A DNA stretch of 63,909 nucleotides, filler included, from Folioceros fuciformis (taxonomy: Eukaryota), in NCBI GenBank assembly GCA_049999805.1. It is 12 parts of 12 records of this genome, joined end to end, with 100 filler letters (N's around TTAATTAATTAA, not from the genome) between each part and the next. Parts side by side here need not be neighbours in the genome. Positions count along the whole stretch, not along the records: positions 36,328 to 52,521 come from JBNGIO010001513.1; positions 52,622 to 55,013 come from JBNGIO010001514.1; positions 55,114 to 60,143 come from JBNGIO010001517.1; 9 more parts are not named here. One strand, 5' to 3'. The first letter of the stretch is position 1. Each line of letters begins with the position of its first letter. The position numbers and the translations under genes were made by a program. Under the pieces are notes generated by a model, which saw nothing but the letters and a program-made list of their open reading frames with translations, was not told where the DNA came from and did not search any database. Positions 48,337 to 60,243 of this stretch are shown here, piece by piece.

Positions 48337-49355
48337 TCCCTCCTACTTCCCCGCCCGCTAAACCGGAATCGTTCCCTCTCCCTTTCCTGGCCTACCTCCC
48401 CACAGATCCAACACCCTACACGTCCCTGGTGCTGCGCACGCATCTACCAATCACACCTTCCACCAAGCCAAGCCAGCGCGATTCCCACACACGCCTGTGA
48501 GGAGCACCCCAAAGAAGAGGAGCCCGGCAACCGAAACAGAAGGAAGTTGCTGCGGAGGTAGATGAAGGGACAGTCCCGGGCCCACGAAAACCACACGATG
48601 TTGGACGGCCCGGCCCCGTGCAGCTGCCGCTGAGACGCGTCATACGTGAACGCCTGCTCCTCGCAACGCCATGCAGGAATCAATCCCAATTCCAGTCCGA
48701 GTCCCAGTCCCAATCCGGAGCCCGGCCAAGTCCCAAACTCGCCAGCTCCAACACAATCATTCACGAAGACAGATCGGTGGCCAGCGGCATGCAGCGCGGA
48801 AAGCAAAGCTGCGCCTCCTCCAGGGATTTTTGTGTGCCCGAATGCCCTACAATGATCATCTTGGCTTTCACGCCTCGACAGTCCCAATCGACGTTGTCCC
48901 ACCATTGAAAAGACCTGGTCGCTGCACATACGTAGCTTGCACGACGTGCAGCAGTCCAGGTCGGCCATCAAATTAGTGTGTACACACGGTGCTGCGTGCG
49001 TGAAAGATTTACGCTATCACTACAAAAACGGATCATTAATCGGGACTCATCAACCCGGACGGTTGTTAGCCGCCTGCTGACCGGCCTACTGCGGTTATGG
49101 CAGTTGCACGATCCACCATCCCCTGCACGCAGACTCGGGCAGGGCCTGCCTGGGCAAGACAAGTGGCATACGCGGGTCCCAGAACGAGAATAGAGGGCAG
49201 TTGGTCGGAGAAAGGAATTGGAGTGTTTATGGGGGCAGTGAGAGCCTAGCGAAACATTGAGCAACATGACATGGCATACGCCTGGAGTCAGGGGGAACAC
49301 GGTAGGCACAACTGTTGTGGGCGACACTTGGATGGAGCAAGTCTCCTCAACCTGG

Positions 49356-52300
49356 TCAGCTGTTGACGCGGCTGCTCTGTCGCTGCAGAGAAGACTTCTT
49401 GCCAAACAATTTGCGGACTGAGACCAGTGGGTCGGCCTGGAGGAGGACGAAGGTGAGTTCGCGGGGGTGGCGAGGAGATAGTGAAGGAGAGGATGAGAAG
49501 CACGCGAAATGCACACCTTGTACATGGAGGCGGTGGACTCTGACTCCGTCATGCCTGCCGCGGGGTGGTCTTGCGCTTGAAGAGTGTCCAGAGCGTCCAT
49601 AGTGAGCTGCCAGCCGCACAGGGCGACGCTACTGCTGGTGCCTGCAGCGGCGACCTGCCCGTTCACCCAGGGGCAGAAATGGCGGTGCTGTCGGATGGGA
49701 TCGAACTCCTGTTGTTCCTTCGTGTCCCAGATTCTCATATCTTCAACAGGTCTTGCTGCTGTCACATGACGACATGTTTCTCTCTTTTGTTAGAAGAAAA
49801 GGGAAGACTGCGGCCGCGGGGGTAACGTGTGGAAACAGCAAAAAGGTACACAATGGCGTTGCCTCACCTGAGTGCTTGTCTTCGCCGTTGGGAGCGCCCA
49901 TCGAGCCGTCGGTGACTTCTTTCTCAGGGTTGTCATCGTCTACGATCACTGCATTGGCAGTGTCCCGTGTGCCCTCTACCTCTGTGTGTCCTCCGTGACT
50001 GCCCTTTTCGTTGTTCTCCCCGGATTCGCCCTCTGCAGGGCTGCCGCCTTCAGCCCGAGCTCGGCCTTGAAAAGCAGAGAGGATTGCTTCGTGGCTGTCC
50101 CCTCGGACTTCAGGGACGAAGTTACCCATCAGAGCGTGATTCTCAGTCACCTCAGTCACAAACTCCACATCACCAGCCACGCTTTCTGTTCCTTGCACAG
50201 ACACGTCGGCGCCGTATGTCTCACCCTGAATCTCTGCCTCGTGGCTTGCACCCATCCCAACACTGCCACCACCCATGCCGATGCTCACTCCCCCACCAGT
50301 TCCAGTGCCAGTGCTGATGATTGCAGCATTCGTGTCCCCGCCTTCCTCGCCCCCTCCTTCATCACTTTTGCTCGAGTCAGGCTCTGTGTTTTGAGTGCCG
50401 CGACATATACTCCGCTGCGCCTGTGGCACACTGCTTCCGCCCTCAACCTGTCCATCACAGTCATTTTTCTCCACACTCACAGCAGTCCCCTGTCCATCGC
50501 TGTCCTGAGGTAAGTTGTCTACACTCTCCATGGAATTGTCCTGCTTGTTGAGATAACAGGTGTCGATCGCATTCACAGAGGATGAGCGAGGTAAATCTCG
50601 ACCACTGGGCCCAGGAAGGAAACGATCCACTCCAAAGTTCCCGCTTTGGTCATTTCTCTGCCTCTTGTTTCCAATCTTTTCTGTGGTGTGAGGACCTGTA
50701 ACGGCGGCTCCACGTGAAACCTGGTCAACAGCGGAACTTTCTCCTGTGCGTTTGCGTTTCGAGGATCCCGTAACAGAACGCTTTCCTTTCCCTACCTCAC
50801 CATAATCAACTTCGTCACCCTCATGGTCCACCACCGTTCCTTCAGCACTGTCTGCTTGAATCTGCCGACTGTGAGAAGCATCCACAGTGCTCCCACCATG
50901 GCCAACTCCTCGTTCCGGATCACGAGGCCCCCGTGACTCATAAGAAGCAGCAGCCCATTCACCCATCTCACTGCTTTCTGGCTGTCCAAATCTCTGATGT
51001 ATTCCAGGGATGGGTCCAAAAGCAGGTGGAACCATTGCTGGTGAGCTCAACTGTGTTGGAGGAGGGCCTCCTGCTATGGTGAGACTCAAATCCAATGTAC
51101 GTCCTGTCAATGGAGTGAATCGTTCCCCAGTCATCTTTGCAGCACCGCTCTCCTTCTCCACAGCCGTACCCTGCTTCTCTTGCCTTTGTCCTTGCTTGCT
51201 CCCACCTCCACAGCGACCTTCAATGCCACTCATGGCACTTCCTCCGCACCCAAGGGCTTGTAGGGGATTACCTCGAGTTCCTGGCACCTCAACATGTACA
51301 GAACCCAGAAGAGGAGAAGGGCGGGAGACTGCTGCAAAGCTCCACAGACCCACACTGGCACCACAGAGGCTACAATCCAAGGCTGCTGATGCCGGATCAC
51401 CCAGCTCAGGCCTTGATCCCTTAGCAGATCCTGTCTCCTGCTTCTCCTCACCTGGAGATGACTTCTTGTTCAACAGCACACTTGGTCCAGGATCGCGTGG
51501 TGTGCGTGACAAGCCCTCACTCTGTCCCACTGGACCTGATCGCTCCTCACAGTCCACCGTGTAGGGTAGCAGACGTGGTTCCCATCCGCACAGACTTATG
51601 ACCCTCTGTGACTGCAAAGACAGCATGCAGATACATTCAAGGCATCAGCTAAATTCATCACCGAGTTACAAGGCTCCTTAGTAACCTCAACACCCAATAC
51701 CTGAAAGAAAGCGTTCAAGACAGCATTTTCATTTGCTGCTCCCCCAGAATCGCCACCGGCAACATCGGGAACGTCGGTAACGTACCCATTGTGACCACCT
51801 GGGAGCATAGGCGGGGGTTGAGCAAAGAGCCGGTCTAACTGTTTGGAGTGTGTAGCCGAAATCTGTTCCAATGCTGCGACGGCAATGATGGGAAGAGCAG
51901 ACAGCTGTGTCAATGCCTCGCATCTGTCATTGTAACCTTCGACTAGGGCAGCCAGGGGAGTAGGAGGGAATTGGGCAAGTGTGTCCGCACACGCATTCCC
52001 CTTCCAAGGGCACAGCGACTTGTGTCCAGTATCCAACTGCTCCGCAAATGCCTCCGCAGCACTCTCAGCTACACACCACGACAGCAAACAGACGCTGTAA
52101 AACAACGCAAGTACGAAGACCTCCAGCTTTGACATAACCTACCTTGGGCCTGAGACCAAGTCAGAGGAATGGCGAAGCTAAGCCTCGTCCCGCAGCTCTC
52201 GCAAGCCAGCAAGTCAACATCCACATTCACCCAGCCCCTTCGCGCACAGGACACAGGCCCAGCCACCTATACATCAACCAGCCAACGGCGCAGGCTCAAC

Positions 52301-52521
52301 CCCCTGTCTGCGCAAAGCCAAGTACTTGACCCTCACATCAACATGCACTCCATCCTCCCAAAAAGCACCAAGTTGTTCAACATGCCTTTGGTTTCCCAAA
52401 CCACATAATGGACTTGAAGGTGGCCAACCGCTTAAGCAGGTCTCCCCGATCCCACGGCCTGCACACCGGCTTCGACGCCGCCGGCGTGGGCATCTGCTGA
52501 GTCGAGAACGTCTCTGTGAGC
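49356..52521 (-). CDS. NIPA/Rsm1-like C3HC zinc finger protein (IAP-like), multi-exon, 5' truncated
   Basis: CRPWDRGDLLKRLATFK..WFGKP, CARRGWVNVD...CESCG, H...CPWKGNAC, ISLCGWEPR, LDCSLCGA.V and EFDPIRQHRHFCPWVNG. Confidence 0.9.
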
Positions 52522-52621
52522 NNNNNNNNNNNNNNNNNNNNNNNNNNNNNNNNNNNNNNNNNNNNTTAATTAATTAANNNNNNNNNNNNNNNNNNNNNNN
52601 NNNNNNNNNNNNNNNNNNNNN

Positions 52622-54009
52622 GATCTATCCTATGAACACCCAGCTCCTCCGGAACACCTGTCATGTCCGTCACCTTGAAGGCAAACACATCCAAATATTC
52701 AGTCAACAGTGCCTTCAAACCTACTTTCTCCTTGGGTGTGAGGTACTTGGACACCTTGACCTTCTTCCCTAGGGCCAACTCCATGTCCTCGACAACATCT
52801 GGATCCACGTAAACTCCTTCGGGACTACTCCCTACACTTGTTCCTAATCCATCTTTCGGGAAATCGTAGTCATAGGCCTTCCCCTTCCAAAAGGCAGCTC
52901 CTTCCCTTTGCTCTTCATCCCCCTGTGGATCTTCATTCTCCACCACTTCAGTATGGAAACAAGTCACCTCTTGACCCAAATCCACCATCCTGACAGTATG
53001 CCCTACTCCCTTGTAGGCTCTTGTACTACTGGAAGTGCTACCTCCAGCACTACCGGATGTGTACCCGGGGGATGGTCCTGCTGTTTCTCCGCCATAGGGA
53101 GCTTTGCTCCACGAGACAAATGAAACTTTTGTAGGTCCTGTAGGTTTAGACCTAAAGGTCACACCTTTCCTGCCAAAAACAAACACACAAGCTGTCCTGT
53201 ATAACCACGGCCTCCCAAGGAGCACCTTGTACCCTAGGTCAGACACTAGCCTCATGACAATATAGGTCAGCTTGAACGTGATCCCTCCTATCACCGTGGG
53301 CACATCCTTCAACACTCGTAGAGGCTTCCTCTTGGTCTGGTCTGCCATCCGAAGGTACACGCGAATAGGGTCAAACTCTGTGAACCCCAAGCGATGGGTT
53401 GTGTCCTCCGTCATGAGATTGACACCAGACCCCGTATCCAATGGTACATCCGGCACCAGACAATCTCCACCTCTATTTCAGGAGCTCCACAATCAGCTAG
53501 CTCCACTGAACTCATCCAGGTCGAGACTGTCTTCCCTTCGAGTGGCTCCGGTATCCCTCGGATGGCCTCCTTCACGATCTTCCTGGCCTTGGGACTAACG
53601 GACAAGAGCTGTCTCAAGCTCACCACAAACTCCTGGTCAAGCAAGGTGTCAGCAAATCCAGCAACCTTCATGGCCAAGGCCTCCCTTGCTGTTGTTGTCT
53701 TAGGAGGATTGATCCCTCCATCCTCCTCGCTTCGATCAACCTTCTCTCCTTCCTGTTCCTTCTCCAAGGGACTTGCACTCTCCACCACCCTTATCACAAG
53801 AGGGTCTGCAAATGTGACCTTCTTAGACCGGTGCATCAGCCTAATCAGCTCTTCCTCCAGCATTGCAGCAACCTCCTTGCTGATGTTGGGTGGGAATGCT
53901 GATTCTTCAGCCTCTCCTTCAGCTAGTTCACCTTCCTCTCGATGAGGTGGATCAACCTCTTGCCCAGTCAGCACATCATTCTTCCCTTGCTGGACGAGTG
54001 GTTCCTCCC
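52622..54009 (-). mobile_element. Ty3/Gypsy fragment (gag C-terminus, aspartic protease, start of RT), frameshifted
   Basis: PLDTGSGVNLM, VLLGRPWL and LLTEYLDVFAFKVTDMTGVPEELGVHRID (non-chromovirus-like). Confidence 0.88.
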
Positions 54010-54336
54010 TATAGGATCACTAGAGGAGCATGGTGGAGGAGAGGAGAAGAGGAGGCAGAGAGGAGAGGAGAAAAAGAGGTCACATTGAGAGTGGTTGGCA
54101 AGGGAGCTCAAGGGGGTATTTATACCCTCTAGAAGAGCTCCCTAGGAAGCTTCACAAGAAGCTCACAGGAAGCTGCGCAAGAAGCTTCCTACAGATTAGC
54201 TTAAGCTAATCTAAACTAATGATACTTAACTAGACACTAATCTTAGACTAAACACATTAGTCTAAGCACATTAACTAGACACTAATCTTAGACTAAACAC
54301 ATTAGCCTAAGCACATTGGGCTTTAATAACCCTACA
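54010..54336 (-). repeat. 3' LTR of a Copia element inserted in the Gypsy fragment
   Basis: Minus strand starts TGTAGGG after PPT AAGTGGGAGGT (54337-54347). Contains TATAAATA and an internal ~45-bp duplication at 54226-54315. The far end is slightly mutated. Confidence 0.7.
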
Positions 54337-54378
54337 ACCTCCCACTTAAAGGCCAATTTACCTTCATAAGAGAGTGGT

Positions 54379-55013
54379 CTAGCTCATGCCCATGAGTGTC
54401 CGAGCTTGTGCGAATTGCTCCGTAGAGAGCCCCTTAGTAAGAACATCTGTAGGGTTCTGACTGGTGTGAACTTTGACAAGCTGTACCCTCTTGTCTTCCA
54501 ACACCTCTCGAATGAAGTGATACTTCACTTCCACATGTTTGGTCTTCGCATGAAACACTGGATTCTTCGCCAACTGGATAGCACTCTGGCTATCACAATG
54601 CAACACTAGCAGCTCACCCTTGATCCCCAAATCTCCCACTAAACGAGCAAGCCACATGGCTTCCTTGCAAGCCTCAGTCGCTGCAACATACTCCGCCTCT
54701 GTGGTAGATAGCGTTATGCACGATTGCAAACGAGATCGCCATGAGACTGCCCCTCCATTGCACATGAAGACATAACCTGATGTGGACCTCCTTTTGTCCA
54801 TATCCCCTGCATAATCAGCATCCGTATATCCCACTACAGATGCATCTTCACTACCAAAACATAAGCACAAAGCTTTTGTACCATTCAAATACCTCATAAC
54901 TCCTTTCACTGCCTCCCAATGCTTCCTGCCAGGGTTTGACATGAACCTGCTAACCACTCCCACTGCAAAAGCAATGTCAGGACGTGTAGCAATCATTGCA
55001 TACATCAAACTCC
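54379..55013 (-). mobile_element. Copia RT-end/RNase H, open frame (Tnt1/Tork-like)
   Basis: TRPDIAFAVGVVSRFMSNPG..HWEAVK, GYTDADYAGD and KHVEVKYHFIRE. Confidence 0.95.
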
Positions 55014-55113
55014 NNNNNNNNNNNNNNNNNNNNNNNNNNNNNNNNNNNNNNNNNNNNTTAATTAATTAANNNNNNNNNNNNNNNNNNNNNNNNNNNNNNN
55101 NNNNNNNNNNNNN

Positions 55114-55934
55114 ACTTGGATGCAGTTAGAAGAATCATGAGATATGTGAAAGGAACTACTGAGTTTGGATTGCTCTATGAGCATAGGAAGCATCTTGAAC
55201 TGACAGGATATACAGATGCTGATTGGGCTGGTTGTGCATATGACAGAAGATCAACCAGTGGATATGCATTCAGTATGGGAAGTAGTATGATCAACTGGCA
55301 AAGCAAGAAACAACCGACAGTTGCTTTGTTAAGCACAGAAGCAGAGTATCGAGGAGCTGCAATGGCAGCCTGTGAAGCAGCTTGGTTGCAGAAGTTGCTA
55401 CATGATCTTGGAAATATAGTGAACAGCAAGGTTACAATCTACTGTGACAACATGAGTAGCATGAGGTTGGCTACTAATCCTGTGTTTCATGCTCGTTCGA
55501 AGCACATAGAAGTACATTATCATTTCATCAGGGAAGCGGTATTACCTGAGAAGATAGATCTTCGGCTCGTGAAGACCGAAGACCAGGTTGCAGATATCTT
55601 TACTAAGTCGCTAGGTAGAGATAAGTTCTTACACTTTCGTGAACTAATTGGAGTGTTACAAATAGTTTGAGCTTGAGGGAGAGTGTTAGAAATCAAGCTC
55701 TAACTGAATTGTTATTAAGAGCATACAACACTTAGGATAGTGTAGATTATCCCATATTGAACTCGTAGTTATCTATCACCTAAGTATTATCAGGATATAC
55801 TAGGATATTGCACCCTAGAGACTAAGGCTTACCTTATCGAGGGTTGCCCTGCCTGAAGGCTATATATGTAGCATCTTGTGCACCATAAGAAAGGAACTGT
55901 GGAGTCCTTCTAGGCCTCTGGTGCTATTTCAACA
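55114..55934 (+). mobile_element. 3' end of a Copia element: RNase H (to 55670), PPT and 251-bp 3' LTR (55684-55934)
   Basis: GYTDADWAG...RRSTSGY and KHIEVHYHFIRE; PPT TTGAGGGAGAG, then TGTTAG...TTCAACA. Confidence 0.93.
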
Positions 55935-58330
55935 CCTCCGCTCTCACCTCTTCGGCTACCAGGGTTGTGGTTTCAGCTACCGGCGTCGTTCCTCCTCCAC
56001 CGGTAGCCCCTTCGGCTACTTCGGGTGTTGCGAGACTACTGATAGCCCCTCCGGCTACTGGTATCGCCATTCGACTACCGGTAGCCCTATCGGCTACCGG
56101 CACTATTGCTCGGCTACCGGTAACCCTGTCGGCTACCGATTCGGGGACTCGACTACCAGTAGCCCTTTCGGCTACCGGTTCTGGAACTTGACTATCAGTA
56201 GCCCCTTCGGCTACCGGCGTCGCCGTCGGGCTACTGCGCCCATGTTGAAATAGCACTACTAGCTTAGATGGACTCCACAGTACATTCCTTATGGTGCACA
56301 TGATGCTACATATATAGCCTTCAAGCGGGGCAACCCTCGATAAGGTAAGCCTTAGTCTCGAGGGTGCAATATCCTGGTATATCCTGATAACACTTATGTG
56401 GTAGATAACTACGAGTTCAATATGGGATAATCTACACTATCCTAAGTGTTGTATGCTCTTAATAACAATTCAGTTAGAGCTTGATTTCTAGCAGCCCAGC
56501 CTTCCCTTTCCCTTTTAGTCGCTCCCAGGCCTCGTCTCGCTCTTGTTTGTACCTGTCCGCCAGCTTCTGGACTTGTTCCATCGCGGCCATCTCCTGCTCC
56601 TGAGCCTTAGCCATCTCCTGTTGTATCTCCAAATTAGTCTCATGGGCTACCCTCACCTGAGCTAGGAGCGACTCCCGTTGCTCCACCAGCACCTCGATCT
56701 CTGCCTTAGCCTGGCGCGCCTCTTCTTCTGCTTGTGCCTTGCCCTCGCTCAGGTCCTGACCCACTACTCTTCTTCCAGGAGCTGTTGTGCCGTCTTAGAC
56801 TCTGTCAGCTGTCTCCAGGCTTCTGACTCCTTTTCTCTTGCCTCTGCCTCCCTACTTCGGGCCTCGGCTTCCTTTTTGCCTGCCTACTCAGCCAGGTCAA
56901 TGCCCTGGCCACCTAGTCCAATACATCTGCTTGTGCCTGCACCACGGCTGAGGTTAGTTCTGGCAGATTCACCTCCTGCGCCCCCACCAGAGCCATTCCC
57001 CTCTGGGTTATCTGCCTTCCCAGAGTGCTCGTAACTTCTCCAGCTCCTCTGTCTACAGCCTATCCTCCTAAGGAATTTTTCTATTAAGGGTTATGGGTTA
57101 TGGGAAGTCTTCTCAGAATGGGAAGATGTTTTTAGAAAAATTCCTTAGGAGGATAGGCTGCAGACAGAGGAGCTGGAGAAGTTACAGGATTAGTTATAGT
57201 TAGAGGATTAATTTTTTTTCTAAAAACATCTTCCCATTTTGGGAAGACTTCCTCCTCCGGAACGTGCCCTAATTCACTCCTCTCCTCATGAGGGGCCACT
57301 TCCCTCACTAGCATCTGATCCTGGGGTGCTTCTAGTTCCTCATCGTTCGGTTCTTACTCTGCCAGCTCTTGGTCTACTGGTTCTTGAACAACTCCCTGCT
57401 CCCCCTTAGCCCGTTCTAGGACTACCTCCTATGACGCCGACCCGCTTCCTTTTCCGACAATCTGACCATTGGCCCGTCTCCTCTTGGCGTGAGTCTTTTT
57501 CCCTGACCCGGCCTTCCTCTTCTGCCTGGCGGGGGTCCCCTCCTCCGAACTATCCGCACCCCCCGACTCCCAGCTGCTGGAGTCGGCTCCTACAGGTTCG
57601 GCGGGCTTCCACTTCACGTCCCTTATCGGCCTCCACATATGCAGCGAGGCTAGCACTTCCAACTAGGACACGAAATTAGCATAGCCGTAGATATGAATGA
57701 GGAAAGGGGAAATCATCGAAGGGCGGGGAGAGGACAGAGTTAGATTTTGCCTCTCCTTGTCCATCCTAGCGTACAAGATTTTCCCCCAATCCACCTTGCT
57801 CCCCTTGACCACCTCATGCACAAACAGGAGCATCTGATCGGACAGATAATCTTGCTTGCGAACCTGCAGGAAACACAGGAACCACCTTGCCAGACCCATC
57901 AGCTGGGAGTTGGCCATATCGTGGACCAGCTATCCATTGGCTTCCTTCTTGGTGCCCGGCTTGAGCAGCACCTCGGCATCCGCTGTACCACCTCATTTCT
58001 TCAAGGACTCCGGCACCAGTCCTCCCTCCTCCTACTAGTCGCGGCCATACACTCGCCTTACCAGCTCCAGGTTCCACTCCTGGGGTCTGCCGCGAATTCC
58101 CTCTTCCCAGACGGGCTCTCTCATCTTCATGGCGCACTCCCTGACCAGCTGCGGCGCCGCATGGTTCCACCTCTGGGTCATGAACCCGAGGCCCAGTTCT
58201 CCGACCAGTTCCCCGGCTCTGACCCTCCAGTGCTCCATGTTGGGCCACAGGAGCACATCGATCTTCGGTACAGGGGATTCTCCTTCCTGCTCAGGTACCG
58301 TTACTCCTGGCAGCAACTCTGGTCACGACC
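55935..58330 (-). pseudogene. Long retrotransposon accessory ORF (globular N-terminus, acidic/low-complexity middle, coiled coil, VA-repeat tail), decayed and interrupted
   Basis: Consecutive minus-strand fragments 58035-58316, 57663-57917, 57429-57662, 57132-57314 and 56494-56764. The frame rejoins across the solo LTR as KGKAG/RSSPTA. VDWGKILY recalls plant-transposon accessory domains. Confidence 0.65.
56243..56493 (-). mobile_element. Solo LTR with TSD, inverted relative to 55684-55934
   Basis: 251-bp reverse complement of 55684-55934 (~18 mismatches by manual count), flanked by the 5-bp TSD GCCCA (56238-56242 and 56494-56498). Confidence 0.95.
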
Positions 58331-58722
58331 TCATCCTACCTGATTCTTCCCCCGTGCTTCGAACCCTACTGCCCTCTTGCGCTTGTGGTCGCCGGCACTC
58401 TCCACCCGTTCTGCTATTTTGCCTAAGCTCTTGCTCCACCTCCGGCCGTCATCGCTCTTCGCGGCTACTTCCGCTCTTGCTCCAACCCGCGGACGCCCCT
58501 GCCTGAATTACTGCCCAGATCCCCCCTGACTCTTTCTAGGGTTTTGTACTACCGTTACCGTTCCACTACTGCCAGTTGGGCTACCGCCGGTTCCCCTTCC
58601 ATGACGGTCGCCCAACCGGCTACCGTCGCCCAATCATCACACTCCGGTTTTCCGCCTAAGTCCACAACTACCTAAGCCCCTCCTACCCCATTGCCTATTT
58701 CTCATTTTTCAGGGGGGGAGCA

Positions 58723-58956
58723 TATATACACACCTGAGTACCCCCAAACCACCAAGGGCCAAGGACACTCTCGCACCCGTTTCTCCTCGGTCCTGTTCAT
58801 TCATCAAAACACCAAGGGCCAAGGAGCATCTTGGGTATAAATACCCAAGTGTTATTTCCAAACTAAGCCGATCCACTCGCGTCTTCACAAAAAAAAACAC
58901 TACCTGTTCATTTTGCTCTTCAAAATGGGAGTCCCGAAAGTTTTTTTTCCTCTACA
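58723..58956 (+). repeat. Putative 3' LTR of the element carrying the antisense accessory ORF
   Basis: PPT AGGGGGGGAG at 58711-58720, start TATATACA (TG probably mutated), TATAAATA at 58836 and end ...CCTCTACA. An unrelated Copia pol begins at 58957. Confidence 0.6.
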
Positions 58957-60045
58957 GCTATGTCTGCTCTTGGCCCAAATTCTTAAGAAGTCTTCTCAAC
59001 TATATGCCTTCCTTTGCAGCTTGAGTTAGGGCTGAATACTTTGCCTTAGTCGAGGATAATGACACTATGGCTTGCTTTTTCGAAGACCAAGTGATTACCC
59101 CTCTAGCTAGCAAGAATGCGTATGCAAAGACAAACTTTCAAGAGGTTTGGATTTGCCGCCCAATGAGCATCTCAATAACCCAACAAGGTTAGTGGCTCAC
59201 CCTCATATGACTGCTTGGAGTAGTGGATGTTGTGCTTACTTGTACCCTTGAGGTACTTGAGGATCCTCTTAATAGCCGACTAGTGGGTCTTGCCAGGCTC
59301 CTTAAGAAACTGCGAGGTTATACTCACAGGTAGTGAGATATCAAGCCTAGCGTGATTAGAGCAGAAGATAAGTGACCCCATTGCTTGTGAATAAGGAATA
59401 TCTTCCATTTCCTACTTATTTGCTGCTGTAATTGGGGACTGCTCAAGACTTAACTTGCAACCTGCTTCCATAGGTGTAGCCACTGACTTTGCATCCAACA
59501 ACTTATATTTATAAAGCATATCAAATATGTATTTCTCCTTATGAATGATGAGTGTGCCACTTAACTGGTCTCGTAGCAGCTGTGTGCCTAAGCAAAAGGA
59601 CAACTCGCTGATATCAACCATGTCAAATCTTCCAGATAAGAGAGTCTTAACTCTATTAATTCCTTCTGGGTTAGTGCCCACCAATATACAGCCATCGACA
59701 TATAGGGCTAACACAACAAACCCTGTTTTGTCTTGCAGAAGGTACACATTGGAATCAAAATCACTTTTGACAAAACCAAGGTCAAGAGGAAAATCTTTGA
59801 TGCACTAGTACCATGCCCTAGGAGATTGCTTCAACCCTTAAATGGTCTTCAGCAATTTGCAGACCCAGTCCTCCCATCCTTGAGCTTCGTAGCCCTCCGG
59901 CTGTGCCATATGTATATCTTCCTCCAACTTACCATGAAGAAAGGCTGTTTTCACATCCATCTGATGGATGAACAAGGCATAGAATACAGACATGGCAAAT
60001 AGGGCATGAAGGGACTGCACCTTCACCACCAGGAAAAAGGTATTC
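58957..60045 (-). pseudogene. Old degenerate Copia RT/RNase H fragment
   Basis: HQMDVKTAFLHG.LEE.I.MAQPEG, LALYVDG and WSSKKQ..VSLSST, with many stops. Confidence 0.9.
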
Positions 60046-60143
60046 TGTAGAGGGAAAAAACCCCTTTTTGAGTGATAAATTTGGTGGATTTTGGTTTTTT
60101 GTGTGAAGTGAAGGAGAAAGCGGCTTGGGTTGAGAATAAAACC
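60046..60143 (-). repeat. Partial LTR related to 58723-58956, opposite orientation
   Basis: TGTAGAGGGAAAAAA...TTTTTTGTGTGAAG...CGGCTT resembles the reverse complement of the end of 58723-58956. It truncates the Copia RT. Confidence 0.5.
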
Positions 60144-60243
60144 NNNNNNNNNNNNNNNNNNNNNNNNNNNNNNNNNNNNNNNNNNNNTTAATTAATTAAN
60201 NNNNNNNNNNNNNNNNNNNNNNNNNNNNNNNNNNNNNNNNNNN

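Noticed and set aside
47668-48561. Long antisense ORFs over real genes (e.g. 47668-48561, 15522-16211, 36436-37044, 49872-50513)
   Set aside because: Shadow ORFs expected from GC-rich codon usage on the opposite strand.
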